Source of the DNA: Macrostomum hystrix
Lineage: Eukaryota; Animalia; Platyhelminthes
NCBI GenBank assembly: GCA_950097015.1
Contig: CATNEN010000005.1
Location: 2,728,001 to 2,792,000 of the forward strand
Direction: 5' to 3'
Length of the DNA: 64,000 nucleotides
Below the pieces are notes generated by a model, which did no database searches, was not told the DNA's origin, and saw only the letters and a program-made list of their open reading frames with translations. Shown here piece by piece: positions 21,101-34,075 of this stretch. The translations under genes were made by a program, and so were the position numbers. Each line of letters opens with the position of its first letter. Within the stretch, counting starts at the first letter, position 1.

Positions 21101-23687
21101 GTGTCTCTTCCAGGTTTATAATATATTATAGCTAGTTTGCTGCATTCCTCCAAATAATATTTGGTGACAGTTGACCCGCAGCCAGCGAGGAGGCAATTCT
21201 GCCCATTCCGCTGACTCCTGAGCACACACGCACACAGGTGTGTACACCTATCCCCACTTTCCCATCGTCAGGCTGTGCACACTTTCCCGAAATGAATGTT
21301 ACCTCGCCGCGGAATCTTGAGTTTCGTGTGCTTGCTTTGCTCCGTTCGGGTGCAGCACAAAAAATTGTCAAGGGGGGAATTCCCCTCTTGGTACTTCTAC
21401 TGTTAAAAAGGGATTTCCCATACGTTTCTAAAAATAGCAAAATCTCTACCGTTGTTAACTAACGCAGGCCATCCTATCCTAGCCTAGACGAGCTAGCTGA
21501 GATGCTCCAGTCTGTAGTGCTCACATTCAACATCTCCTGCTTTGTTGGCGTCGGAGTTGGCGCCGGTGCCAACATTCTGGCGCGCTTCTCGTTGCGCCAC
21601 TCCGAGCGCGTGCTCAGCCTGTTCCTAGTTAACGCCAACGCTCACACCGACAATACTTATTATAATTGGCTATTCTCTAATTACAATGCCGAATGGGAGA
21701 GGCTTAAACACGGCGTACTGACTGCCAAAGCTCAAGAGGGGCTGGAATGGCACTGGTTCGGTCATTCGGATTCGGAAAGCGACGACCTGATTGAGCGATA
21801 TAGGAGACACCTTCTGAGCCTGTGCCTACCTAATGTGGCCGGTTATATTCAGGCCTATATGCTGCGTACTGATTTAGCCATTCAGCGTGGCGGCAGGACG
21901 CTGCCTGTGCAGGTGAGACGCACGCTTAGACTGTGAAAGTGTAGATTTGGTTCTTGGGGTAGTTGTTTCATTTAAATATGTTTTAGTTGTTCCAGTAGGT
22001 TTTGAGTTGTTCCAGTAGGTTTTGAGTTATTCCAGTCGGTTTTAAGTTGTTCCAGTCGGTTTTAAGCTGTTGAAATAGGTTTTAAGTTGCTTTAGTAGGT
22101 TTTGAGTTGTTCGAGTAGGTTTTAAGCTGTTGAAATAGGTTTTAAGTTGCTTGAGTAGGTTTTGAGTTGCTTGAGTAGGTTTAGAGTTGTTCGAGTAGGT
22201 TTTAAGCTGCTTGAGTATGTTTAGAGTTGTTCGAGTAGGTTTTAAGCTGTTGAAATAGGTTTTGAGTTGCTTGAGTAGGTTTAGAGTTGTTCGAGTAGGT
22301 TTTAAGCTGTTGAAATAGGTTTTAAGTTGCTTTAGTAGGTTTTGAGTTGTTCGAGTAGGTTTTAAGCTGTTGAAATAGGTTTTAAGTTGCGTGAGTAGGT
22401 TTAGAGTTGTTCGAGTAGGTTTTAAGCTGTTGAAATAGGTTTTAAGTTGCTTTAGTAGGTTTTGAGTTGTTCGAGTAGGTTTGAAGCTGTTGAAATAGGT
22501 TTTAAGTTGCTTGAGTAGGTTTTGAGTTGTTCGAGTAGGTTTTAAGCTGTTGAAATAGGTTTTGAGTTGCTTGAGTAGGTTTTGAGTTGTTCGAGTAGGT
22601 TTTAAGCTGTTGAAATAGGTTTTGAGTTGCTTGAGTAGGTTTTGAGTTTTTCCAGTAGGTTTTAAGCTGTTGAAATAGGTTTTAAGCTGTTGAAATGGGT
22701 TTTAAGCTGCTTGAGTAGGTTTTGAGTTGTTCGAGTAGGTTTTAAACTGTTGAAATAGGTTGTAAGCTGCTTGAGTAGGTTTTGAGTTGTTCGAGTAGGT
22801 TTTAAACTGTTGAAATAGGTTTTAAGTCGCTTGAGTAGGTTTTGAGTTTTTCCAGTAGGTTTTAAGCTGTTGAAATAGGTTTTAAGCTGTTGAAATGGGT
22901 TTTAAGCTGCTTGAGTAGGTTTTGAGTTGTTCGAGTAGGTTTTAAACTGTTGAAATAGGTTGTAAGCTGCTTGAGTAGGTTTTGAGTTGTTCGAGTAGGT
23001 TTTAAACTGTTGAAATAGGTTTTAAGTCGCTTGAGTAGGTTTTGAGTTTTTCCAGTAGGTTTTAAGCTGTTGAAATAGGTTTTAAGCTGTTGAAATGGGT
23101 TTTAAGCTGCTTGAGTAGGTTTTGAGTTGTTCGAGTAGGTTTTAAACTGTTGAAATAGGTTGTAAGCTGCTTGAGTAGGTTTTGAGTTGTTCGAGTAGGT
23201 TTTAAACTGTTGAAATAGGTTGTAAGCTGCTTGAGTAGGTTTTGAGTTGTTCGAGTAGGCTTTGAGTTTTTCGAATCGGAATATATTTTGAGTTGTTTCA
23301 GTAAGTTTTTAGGTTCCAGCAATAGATTTCGATTGATAGAATTCGATCGATTCGAGAGATAGATTATAATTAGTGTCGCCTCTCTTATATCTCCAGACTT
23401 TCATGCTGACTGGCTCGCTAGGCAAGGACCAAGCCAAAAGCCTGGTAGCCATGAATGCCAGGTGTGATCCGTCGAAAACCGAATACCTGATTGTTGACGA
23501 CGCTGATGGCATGCTGCTGGAAGAACACCCGGATAAGGCGGCCGGCTACCTGCTCGGCCTGTTGCGCCAGACTGGCCTCGTGGTGTTCCTGACGCCTGCC
23601 AGGGTGCGCGAGCAGGCCATCCGGCTTAGCACTGACGAACTGATGCGCAGAAACGGCGACGAGCGACCCAGGGTTGATGTCTGCTAA
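15141..23687 (+). CDS. NDRG: NDRG-family alpha/beta-hydrolase-fold protein, 6 coding exons
   Basis: Exons 15141-15384, 16746-16863, 16989-17015, 20769-20876, 21468-21912 and 23397-23687, all GT-AG with consistent phases. Motifs ITYHDLGTNH, YHVCAPG, YPSLDELAEML, GVGVGAGANILARF, GMLLEEHPDK. C-terminal VDVC is similar to NDRG MEVSC. Confidence 0.92.
15440..16637. repeat. 30-bp minisatellite (~40 copies) in NDRG intron 1
   Basis: Unit CAATCCCAATCTGAGGATCTGAGATTGTTG; variant pattern recurs with a 480-bp offset. Confidence 0.97.
17263..20613. repeat. 19-bp satellite (~175 copies) in NDRG intron 3
   Basis: Unit GATCAGT(C/T)ATTGTATCCAT; degenerate patch ~19440-19660; variant block recurs with a ~475-bp offset. 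Confidence 0.98.
20895..21090 (+). mobile_element. Diverged copy of the tRNA-derived SINE
   Basis: GGTCGGGGGTTCGATTCCCGACTCCAC is identical to the copy at 27.9 kb; degraded core and 3' part follow. Confidence 0.7.
21985..23275. repeat. 20-bp-unit minisatellite with ~60-bp higher-order structure in NDRG intron 5
   Basis: Alternating variants GTTGTTCGAGTAGGTTTTAA / GCTGTTGAAATAGGTTTTAA / GTTGCTTGAGTAGGTTTTGA. Confidence 0.95.
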
Positions 23688-23774
23688 ATATCTGGCGCCC
23701 TCCGTTTGCTGTTTAATTGGTGACTGATTATCGATTGGTTTAACCTGTATTGATTTTCTTCTATTTGAGACCCG

Positions 23775-24390
23775 AACTGGACCTCTTCAAAAACCACAAA
23801 CTGGACCTCTTCAAAAACTACAAATTTGACCTTTTCAATAATGCATAAACTGGACCTCTTCAAAATGCCATAAACTGGACCTCTTCAAAATACAATAAAC
23901 TGGACCTCTTCAAAAAACCTCTAACTGGACCTCTTCAAAAAACACCAAACTGGACCTCTTCAAAATACCATAAACTGGACCTCTTCAAATTATCATAAAC
24001 TGGACCTCTTCAAAATACCATAAACTGGACCTCTTCAAAATGCCATAAACTGGACCTCTTCAAAATACCATAAACTGGACCTCTTCAAAAAACACCAAAC
24101 TGGACCTCCTCAAAACCCCAAACTGGACCTCTTCAAAAAACCTCAAACTGGACCTCTTCAAAAAACCTCAAACTGGACCTCTTCAAAATACTCCAAACTG
24201 GACCTCTTCAAATACTCCAAACTGGACCTCTTTAAATACTCCAAACTGGACCTCTTCAAATACTCCAAACTGGACCTCTTCAAATACTCTAAACTGGACC
24301 TCTTCAGAAAGCCCCAAACTGAACCACTAAGAAATACCACAAAAGTGTACCTCATCAAAATACACAGAATTGGACCTTTTAAATGTTCTC
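23775..24390. repeat. ~24-25-bp minisatellite downstream of the NDRG stop
   Basis: Core AAACTGGACCTCTTCAAA repeated >20 times with variable linkers. Confidence 0.93.
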
Positions 24391-26268
24391 AAACTCAACC
24401 TGCTCAATTAAGCTACAGGTTTTTTAAACAATAAACTAACCACGCGAATCGCTCATTCCAAGTCTTCCCTATTTTAATGCCCCACTAATAAAACTGGGCC
24501 ATTAATAAATTATTTTAATTATTAAGAAAAATAATTTAACGTTCTTTTGTAAAAGTTCTCATCTGTCATCTCAAACGTCAGCTAAATATCTTTTTGATTC
24601 GCCTCACTTGCTGGACAAGATTAGATTTCATAATGTTTAGCGTCCCCAGTTCTTATAAATATTGTACTTTTTAGTGATTGTTTGACGCTTAAATCATTGT
24701 AAAAGTCACAATTGTTGAAATGGTTTTGTTCAAACTAAAAGTTCCGGTTTTAGTTGCATCAGAAGCACTCGTCTTATTTGCTTAAATCGTTACTTTTGTA
24801 GAACTACGAGTAAAGTGCATTAACAGCGTGTTACATCCGCCATATTTGTTATTAACGCCACGTGTAGATTTTAATAGCTACTTTCATACGCTTTTATGTC
24901 AGATTTTTAAGAAATCTAAGTAGGTTGACGAATGCACAGTTCTATAATTTACTTTTTTCTGGCATCTTTAAAATCTGATTGTTTTATTATCGTATCTCTT
25001 TGACGAATTATGGTTCTTTTTAAATATCAAGCACTGTTTTATTTACAGACAAATGAATTCACTCCCGTCTTTTTCGTCGTAAACTCGTTATCTTTTGAAT
25101 TTTGGACGTACGTTCATGTTTTTTTTTATAAAAACTTGTGCGCTATTGAGGTTAAGTTTTTTTAGTGAAATAGTTTAAGAATAAATACACTGCGAATATT
25201 TGGTCGAATCGGACATTTCGTTCGGCATTTTTCTTCTAGAAAACCTTTCAAGATGTTACCTTTAGCATTTTTTCATTTCTTGCTGTCTACAACGAGTGTC
25301 ACTTAATTAGTCGACAAGTTGTCTTCAAAGCACAACATGTAGCATGTGAATTAGAATTAAGTGACTGGTTTAAGCAATTCCGTTTCCTGTCACTTACATA
25401 CATTTAGAAAAGTAGACAACCTTGCTTTTAGGTAGGACCGGTATTGTGTTTGTTGGCACATGTTTTATAGATTAGTTCACTCGACAATTCGCATTTTTTC
25501 AGACGATGAGATTCTTTGGAAGACCTAAACCTGCTTCCTTATATGTACATGTACTGATGTACACATGCAACCTAACTCAAATGAAATGTAAAATAACTAC
25601 TTTTATAAAAATCTAGTCAACGAAATTATTCTTTATGAGAATAATTTCTAGCATCGGCGAAATAAAATCAAGAAAGGTAAACAGCAAACATATATAAACA
25701 CGCAAATACTTATCGCAAGCTTAATTTGCTGGATTATAATTTAAAAATTATATCTGAAGCAAATGCCACTGCAAACGTTCCAAGTCTAGTTGTCCTTATC
25801 TTAAAAGCGTCAGAATATATATTTGAAATTAATCAAATTGCTCTATCGATGGTTATAACTGCAACGATTAAAATTCTTAATTTTAATTTTTATATTATCG
25901 TCTTCGCTTTTGTTGGAACAGACCATTCCAGCTCAAATCTCTAGTTCTTAACAATTTACATCTGCCTGTAATTTTTAATGTTGAAATTTTTTATTACATA
26001 AATGAAAGTTCCGAAACTAGTAACTTTTAACAAAATTTTTATATCGTTTCCGCAAAGTTTAATAGTGGCAACTACTTATAGAATTTATAATTAATAAGTA
26101 CTATTTTAAAAGCATTAATAATATACAGTAACGGTTTTATGCGCCTATATCTTGTTTGTCGACTGATGTTTAATATAATGACATTTTACATTTATTGTAA
26201 TCTTTACCATTGTTACAGTTGCTTATGATTTTACTCGTATTCACCGACTCATTCATTCGACAGCAAAT

Positions 26269-26658
26269 ATGCCACTTTTTGGAAGCAAGTATGTAGTTCC
26301 AAACTTTTCTCGAAAGAAATCTAGCTCCTTGTCCAGCATCAATCTAGCGGACGAGAGAAACAGGCAACTTGTCGATCTCCCAAATAAGAAACTTCAAGTA
26401 AATCTTGATGGCAACAAATTAACATTCGAAAATGGTCTGTGGATCAACGAGTCACATGGCAGTCTCCAAAACCAGCGTGACTACCTGGATATTCATCGGC
26501 GTAATGAACAGCTTGAAGAAGAAAACAATCTACTGAAACTTAAGGTTGACCTCCTACTCGATATGCTGACTGAAACGACCGCAGAAATTCACTTGCAAGA
26601 AACGGAAATTAAGCAACTACGGGACATGCAACGAAAAAGCAAATCAAAGAACCAGTAA
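26269..26658 (+). CDS. CBY1: Chibby (beta-catenin antagonist / basal-body protein), single coding exon, 129 aa
   Basis: MPLFG..RKKSSSLS..L.FENGLWI..RRNEQLEEENNLLKLKVDLLLDMLTETTAE matches the Chibby family signature. Confidence 0.95.
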   Translation: MPLFGSKYVVPNFSRKKSSSLSSINLADERNRQLVDLPNKKLQVNLDGNKLTFENGLWINESHGSLQNQRDYLDIHRRNEQLEEENNLLKLKVDLLLDMLTETTAEIHLQETEIKQLRDMQRKSKSKNQ

Positions 26659-27878
26659 ATTTATTTCGATTACTTCATCTGTAATCGTTTTTAAGATCTA
26701 TCGTTTCACAGACCTTGACTCTTGTAATAAATTTTAGTGTATTATACATTTTGTGGGTATCTATTAAGATATTGTTGACTATACAATTATTAAAAATAGT
26801 ATGCATACTGTTAAATGTGGACTTCGATTTGAAATTCGATACTGTTAAATGGTTTTTGCTTGCTGGTCAAGCTGTGACTAAAAGTATATAAAGCCACTGA
26901 ATTTTTTTTTAATTTGTAATTGTCATTTCAGTGGAATGTGCTGTATTTCTAAATCTAAAAATAATTTTAAAAGTAATCTCTCCTTTGAACATTGTTACCT
27001 TTTAATTACTATACTGGAAAACAATACAGATTAGAACTTAAATTAAACAAGTTAAGCAAGTTGATGTATGTTTTTCCTTTCTCTAATCTGGAAATGTATG
27101 GGATGTTCATATTATTTACAACTTTAATTCACCTACATTTCATATTTAAATGACCAAACTTACTATTTGTATCACCCATAATGAGAAACTACAAACAATT
27201 ATTGCAGCTTGTAATTTCTAATATTTATTGCCTATTCCTGGCAGGACCAATGCTTCAAATAAAATAGTAACTACGAAAGGACTAGACTTTCCATAAACCT
27301 ACAAAATAGCAGTATGTACTGAAAGTCTGAAAGATTAATTTCATATTTTTTGTTTTTCCCTCATCTGTAAAAATGAAACATTTTTTTAAAGATCTAGCTA
27401 GATCAAAATAAATATTTAAGTCTCATACACTTTTGAAAAATAAATTTATTTTTTTATTTAGGAAAGTCTAATTTTGGATGCCAGATGCTTGTTATTTAAT
27501 TTCTGGCTAAAATAGTTCTTGAAATCAGTTTTTTCATCTAGATAGGTCGAGTAGTGTGTCAATGTTAAATTTATTTAACTGTGCCCTGCCAAATGAAACA
27601 TAAAAAACACTATGGGATGTTTCTGACAACAACTCCCTAGTTTTTTTAAACCAAAACTTGCATACTACTAGTCACTACTGGCTGCTGAGTAGCTGAAATA
27701 AGTGCATAAAAATTTATTCCCATTGAATCTCGGCTCCTACAAAAGCTTACTCGTATTTGTCCAGGCTTTGAGTAATATATGCTCGTTTTTATCTGTTGCC
27801 GATAGTCAATACAACTAGCGATACGAGGTCTCATAGTAGTATCGTACTGTTACTTAGGTTACTTAATAACAATTAAGA

Positions 27879-28195
27879 GGTTGTAGCCTAGTGGTTAGAG
27901 CGTCGGACTCACGATTTGAAGGTCGGGGGTTCGATTCCCGACTCCACTGAAACAATTTGTGTCCTTTAGCAAGACACTTAACTCTGCATTGCTTCAGTTC
28001 ACCCAGCTGTTAAATGGGTGCCAGCATTAGCTGGGATAATTGAGGGTGGGTGTGGCGTCCCCCCAGTCCATGGACTGAACAGCCGTATGCAGCCTTCAGA
28101 TGCGCCGCGCATTAGCTGCGGCTGTGCTGTCGGCTGCACATCTGACCCAATTAGGGCAGGTGTAATCAATTATCAATTATTATTAATAATAATAA
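27879..28195 (+). mobile_element. tRNA-derived SINE with CORE(MIR)-like central domain
   Basis: A box TAGCCTAGTGG (27884) and B box GGTTCGATTCC (27928). GTGTCCTTTAGCAAGACACTTAACTCTGCATTGCTTCAGTTCACCCAGCTGTTAAATGGG aligns by eye with the MIR core. AT-rich (TAA)n tail; near-identical copy at 63.2 kb. Confidence 0.85.
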
Positions 28196-28427
28196 AATAC
28201 AACGAAAGTCGAACCGCTTACATTTACTACTTTCAGCATCACCATCAGCTTCAGAATGCGCTAATTCGATGCCGCATGTAAAGTTTAAAATGTACTTTAC
28301 TATGTATTTAGCTAATATTGACAGCTTAAGTACATTAATTTAAGAGATAAACAAGCTAAAATGTTCACAAGCTTGTTGAGCACGCAAAGTTAGCTCCAAA
28401 TAGTTTTAATAAATCGAAATGAATCAA

Positions 28428-31400
28428 TCAGGTAGCTGATGAAGCAGTCTCATCAGTAGGTAAGCGTTCCGTGTCCTCTACTGCTTGCCGTGCTTCAGGC
28501 TGTTTTATCTGCAAAAAGTAGGTAGTAAAGTCAAAGTTAAAAGCAAGCGAAATTCAATAGAATCGTATATTGAAACAAACAATATAATGAAAGCGGAGCT
28601 TCTTTTTATCGATTTTCCTGACTCATCACGGCTTCACTTCACATTACAGGGAGGACATTTTTAGCATTAAATCTAAAAAACAGAAATAGAGATGACATTG
28701 GTAAAACAAATCGCTGATTAATTTAAATCAGATTAAAAAACGGCATTATGCAGATTTCGATTCCCGAGCTCATCGTTCGTTGTTAAAAACGAACCATTGT
28801 TGGAATTTCCTAAAATCGCAAATTAAGTAAAAAACTTGCTTTTATGATACTAAGAGTAGTAGGGTTTAAAAAGTCGAAAAAAATTAATTAGTCAGAGAAG
28901 TATACCATGTCAACACAGTCTTGCTTAGCCAGTTCGTCAGTAGTACACTCGGTTTCAGCAGCCAATCTAGGTCGCTTAGGCGAAGGCTGTTCAGTTGAGT
29001 TCGGCTTCGCAGCGACCAGGTGCTCGTAATGCTCTGTCAAAGCGGCGTGCTCGCGTTCCAAAGCGATCAACTTTCGCTCGCTGCAGCGCAACAATTCTTC
29101 GCAATCCTGGCGCTTCTCCAGTTTGGCTTTGATGGCAAACAGTTCGCTGCGCTTGGCTTCATTGTCTGTGCGCAATTCTTTCACCTGTTGGCTGAGCTTG
29201 TCAACTAGCTTCTCGCGAGCCTCCAATTCCTTCTTGGCGTCCTGTGGAGGGTAAGGTCGGAGTGGGGGCACTGATTAGAAAGAAACAGTTTAGATGGAGT
29301 TCTTAGGACCAAAGGATCAAGGTGAGGTGGATTAGGAAGCATGGGATCAAAGGGAAATATGGGATAAAGGGGAAGTGGTTTGGCAGACTGGGATCAAAAG
29401 GAGGTGGAATCGGCAGAATGGGATCAAGGGAAAGTGGATTATGAAGGATGGGATCAAGGGAAAGTGGATTATGAAGGGTGGGATCAAGGGAAAGTGGATT
29501 AAGAAGGATGGGACCAAGGGAAAGTGGATTAGGAAGGATGGGGTCAAGGGAAAGTGGATTAGGAAGGATGGGGTCAAGGGAAAGTGGATTATGAAGGATG
29601 GGGTCAAGGGAAAGTGGATTAAGAAGGATGGGGTCAAGGGAAAGTGGATTAGGAAGGATGGGGTCAAGGGAAAGTGGATTAGGAAGGATGGGACCAAGGG
29701 AAAGTGGATTAGGAAGGATGGGGTCAAGGGAAAGTGGATTATGAAGGATGGGGTCAAGGGAAAGCGGATTATGAAGGATGAGATCAAGGGAAAGCGGATT
29801 ATGAAGGATGGGATCAAGGGAAAGTGGATTATGAAGGATGGGATCAAGGGAAAGTGGATTATGAAGGATGGGGTCAAGGGAAAGCGGATTATGAAGGATG
29901 AGATCAAGGGAAAGCGGATTATGAAGGATGGGATCAAGGGAAAGTGGATTAAGAAGGATGGGACCAAGGGAAAGTGGATTATGAAGGATGGGGTCAAGGG
30001 AAAGCGGATTATGAAGGATGAGATCAAGGGAAAGCGGATTATGAAGGATGGGATCAAGGGAAAGTGGATTAAGAAGGATGGGACCAAGGGAAAGTGGATT
30101 ATGAAGGATGGGGTCAAGGGAAAGCGGATTAAGAAGGATGGGACCAAGGTTAGTGGATTAGGAAGGATGTGATCAAGGGAAAGCGGATTATGAAGGATGG
30201 GATCAAGGGAAAGTGGATTAGGAAGTATGAGATCAAGAAAAGGTGGATTAGGAGGGATAGGATCAAGGTTAAGTGGATTAGGAAGGATGGGATCAAGGTA
30301 AAGTATATAAGTGAGAATGGGATCAAGGGAAGGTCGATTAGACAGAGGAAGTGGATTTAGCAGATGAAAGGAATCAATATCTTTTGGAAAAATGAAAATA
30401 AGTAGAAAGAAACTGAGATCTGAAGGCAACTTACCTGAAACACACTGGCGAATCGTTTCATTTTCAGTTCATAAGCGGCATTGGCCTCTTTAATACTGGC
30501 CAGTTCAGTTTCGGCCGCAGTTTTGGCGGCCTCGGCTGCAGCTAGAGCGGATTCCATTTCGGCGTATGCGGCCAATCTACGTAGGTGGAAATAAAAATTG
30601 CGGGAATTATGCGAGAATTGTATCAAAATGACAAGGATTAAGTAACGGATTAACCTTGCGTTGATATAGACTCACTTAACGCTCTGAACAGAAAAATTCA
30701 ATTTAATACAATAATGTGGCGTCTAATTCCGGCACTTTTCAGTTCTGAAAGTCAAGCAATTATTCAGAGTAAATGTAGATTTATACCAAAAGGCTCATGT
30801 TAAATGGAATTTCTTTATTAGAAACATATATTTGACAGCAGATAAAATTTGGAGCAGAGACAAGAGCGGATGGGAGCAGAGACAAGAGCGGATGGGAGCG
30901 GAAAAAAGAGCGGATGGGAGCGGAGGAAAGAGCGGATGGGAGCAGAGATAAGAGCGGTTCTTTCTCCGCTCTTATGGGAGCGGAGGAAAGAGCGGATCGG
31001 AGCGGAGAAAAGAGCGGATGGAAGTGGAGATAAGAGCGGATGGGAGCGGACGAAAGAGCGGATGGTAGTGGAGATAAGAGCGGATGGGAGCGGAGATAAG
31101 AGCGGTTCTTTCTCCGCTCTTATGGGAGCGGATGGGAGCGGATGGGAGCGGACAAAAGAGCGGATCGGAGCGGAGAAAAGAGCGGATGGAAGTGGAGATA
31201 AGAGCGGATAGGGGCGGAGATAAGAGCGGATGGGGCGGAAAAAAGAGCGGATGGGGGCGGAGAAAAGAGCGGATGACAGCGGACAAAAGAGCGGATGGGA
31301 GTGGAGAAAAGAGCGGATGGGGGCGGAGAAAAGAGCGGATGGGAGTGGAGATAAGAGCGGATGGGGGCGGACAAAAGAGCGGATGGGAGTGGAGAAAAGA

Positions 31401-33933
31401 GCGGATGGGGGCGGAGAAAAGAGCGGATGAGAGCGGACAAAAGAGCGGATGGGAGTGGAGAAAAGAGCGGATGGGGCGGACAAAAGAGCGGATGGGAGTG
31501 GAGATAAGAGCGGATGGGGGCGGAGAAAAGAGCGGATGGGGGCGGAGAAAAGAACATAAAAAGAGAATGAGAAAGTCGATAGTTATTAGTGCGAAATCAA
31601 CTGAAGTGTCAAAGCACAAGAAAATGACTCACGTCTCCTCCATCTCATGCAGTTTAGCTTCTAAACCAGCAATTTGAGTCTTAGCCTCTCCTAGCGCAGT
31701 GGCCTTAGCCGCTGCATCAGTTTTGGCATCCGCGAGCTTTTTCTCAGCCTCGACAGTTTCGGCTTTGGCCTGTTCAACTAGGCGCTCCCGATAGTTCAAC
31801 AGTGAATTTAGATCGCGTATTTTCACTTCGCCGGCTTCTAAACGCGATTTGAGTTCAGTGTTGGCCGACCTAATGTTATCTAGTTCGTGCGACAATTCAG
31901 TAACTTTAGCAGCGTCCATTGCCGCCGCTGCAGCTGTGGAGCGATGCAGTTGAGCGTCATTCTGAGCCTCTGTCAATTCCTCTTTTAAATTATCTTGTTC
32001 AATTCGGCACCGATTTAATTCTGATTGAGAGGCCAACAATTCCTGACGTAATTGTTCCAACTCTTGACGACAAAAACGAGTTCGCTGATCAATATTAGTC
32101 CCTACTGCCTGTTGGTCGTCGCTTTCGTCGGGAAATAGTACAGCTTCCAATTGTTGAGACTTTTCAGCTAGGCTGGCCCGAACAGATGCTAGTTCCGCTT
32201 CCAGTGCTGTTGTTTGCTGGCGATTCTATAGGTTGGTGAGTGATAGAGAATAGCATATTTGCTGTGTATACTACTCATACCTTATGAGATCAGTAGTATA
32301 CTGCGTTTTCTTACCTCTTTTTGAGCTTAAAACAAATGGTTACTGATTTTTTTAGGTATATTCGTATTTTTATCCTGCACTTTTAGTCTTCAAGTGAAAC
32401 CTCCATTTCAATCCCACCAGTTCTCGGGCTAAATCCCCATTCTGTATTGTCTACCTTTGGCTGATAATCGAACTCAAAAGTGCAAAGCACACGGGGGTTT
32501 TATCTAAGTGTTTCGAGCGTCGGACTAACGACTTGAAGGTCATTTGTTCGAATCCGGACTCTACGGGAATAATTTGTATTTTTGGCGAGACATTTAACTC
32601 TGCATTGCTTCAGTTCACCAAGCTGTTAAATGGGTACAGATTAGTAGATTACACTAATTGGGACATGTGTAATCAATTTTTATGAAACCAAGGAGATGAA
32701 AATAAGTAGAAGGCAAAATAGAGTAGATAGAAATCTTACCTGTTCCTGGGATTCCGCCAGACGTTTCTCTAAATCTTTAACAAAAGCCTGCTGTTTCTCG
32801 ATGATGCTGTCTTTAATTTCTAAAATAGCGGCAATACCGTCAGTTTGATCATTATCACCATGGTCGTCATCATCAGCATTAGAGAATGGTTTGGGTCGGC
32901 AACGGCAGCCAGCTAGTCGAGCCCGGACTTGGTCGAGATCGGCGGCGGTCTCAGATAGGCTAGCCTGCAACTGCTCACATTTGGCAGCCGATTGACTCAA
33001 CTCCTGCAAATATTGGTTTTCAAGTCGTTCATTTTTTTAACTGAATCTCACATAATAAACAAATATTTCTCGATAAATTTACCTGCAATTGCAAAGTCTT
33101 CTCTAGATTTCTCTGCTGTTCATCTTTGAGACGATCTTCGAGACTGGCCGAAGCGGACTGGGCTGATGTTAATTCTTCTGTCAGGCGCTGCACCTCGGCT
33201 GTCAGATCGCTGAAAAAAGCAGAAATTTGTTGCGGTTTGAGGTAAATTTTTAATTGATTCTTAATTGTGAGGCTTTAATGCATTACGTCTCACCTTATTA
33301 TTGACTTTACGTACCAATAGTACTAATGTAGAAGCATTTTTGTTAAAATCACGGAGTAAGTGATTTTAAAATCATTGTCAAAATGATTGCCGATATGTAT
33401 TGAAAAATAGTAATCAAGATATAAAATGAATGCAAAGATACCGGAGAAGATAAGTTAGTCAATAGGGCGGTTGAGTAGGTCAGGTCAGTAGGTTAGGTCA
33501 GTGGGTCAGTCAGTGGGCCAGTTGTGAGTCAGTCAGTGGGTCAGACGTGAGTCAGTCAGTGGGTCAGTTGTTGAGTCAGCCAGTGGGTCAGTCAGTAGGT
33601 CAGGTCAGTGGGTCAGTCAGTGAGTCAGCCAGTAGGTCAAGTTTCAATTTACCTAACCCATCGTCTGTTTGCCTCCATCTCGGCTGCTCCGGCCGACGAA
33701 ACCGGCGGCTGACGAAGCGTCGGAGGCGGTCTCAGCGGTTGCAGATGATGCGCTGTAGCCGTGGACGCCGCCGCCAGATGCGCATAGCCAGGTGGCGGCA
33801 TCGGTGGCGGGGGCACCAAAGAAGTGGACGCAGCAGCGACGGAGGCTGCAGCGGAGGCGGCTGACGACCAACGCTGCTGAAACTCAGACGGGCTGACACC
33901 CGGCGGTAGAGGATTCGAATAGGCCGAGGAATG
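28428..33933 (-). CDS. Coiled-coil protein B (unknown family), at least 7 exons; start exon uncertain (candidate 34593-34616)
   Basis: Exons 33933-33653, 33209-33083, 33003-32740, 32225-31633, 30576-30435, 29241-28906 and 28508-28428, all GT-AG with matching phases. Heptad-rich Ala/Glu/Leu/Lys sequence; Pro/Ala-rich N-terminus. Confidence 0.8.
29345..30355. repeat. 30-bp purine-rich intronic minisatellite (~33 copies)
   Basis: Unit ATGAAGGATGGGATCAAGGGAAAGTGGATT; fills most of the 29242-30434 intron. Confidence 0.96.
30850..31550. repeat. ~20-21-bp purine-rich intronic minisatellite
   Basis: Core AAGAGCGGATGGG(A/G)GCGGAG; two blocks contain an inverted CTCCGCTCTT unit (~30960, ~31110). Confidence 0.93.
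32505..32640 (+). mobile_element. Partial diverged copy of the CORE-like SINE (antisense in an intron of gene B)
   Basis: GAGCGTCGGACT..GACTTGAAGGTC..TTAACTCTGCATTGCTTCAGTTCACC..GCTGTTAAATGGGT. Confidence 0.75.
33470..33640. repeat. Degenerate GTCAGTCAGTGG-type low-complexity repeat
   Basis: Repeated GGTCAG/GTCAGT motifs next to the donor site at 33652. Confidence 0.8.
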
Positions 33934-33989
33934 CTGCAATAGAGCAGATTAAACCTCAATTCAGAATTGCTCACTGCTCCTATTCAGCC

Positions 33990-34075
33990 AGATCGGCAAC
34001 AGCCACAGCTAATGCGGCGGCGTACAGCTGTTCAGTCCGCGGACTGGGGAGACCGCTACACCCTAGTTGATCCTG
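33990..34075 (-). mobile_element. 3' fragment of the CORE-like SINE
   Basis: Reverse complement reads CCCCAGTCCGCGGACTGAACAGCTGTACGCCGCCGCATTAGCTGTGGCTGT, matching the SINE 3' half. Confidence 0.7.

Noticed and set aside
27879-27950. tRNA gene (also 63200 and 48176)
   Set aside because: A and B boxes are present but the acceptor stem does not pair, and the sequence continues into a repeated SINE body.
29347-31677. Multiple long ORFs (KDGIKGKWIM, PSALFSAP, ERMGAE)
   Set aside because: Intronic purine/pyrimidine minisatellites; the flanking exons join in phase without them.
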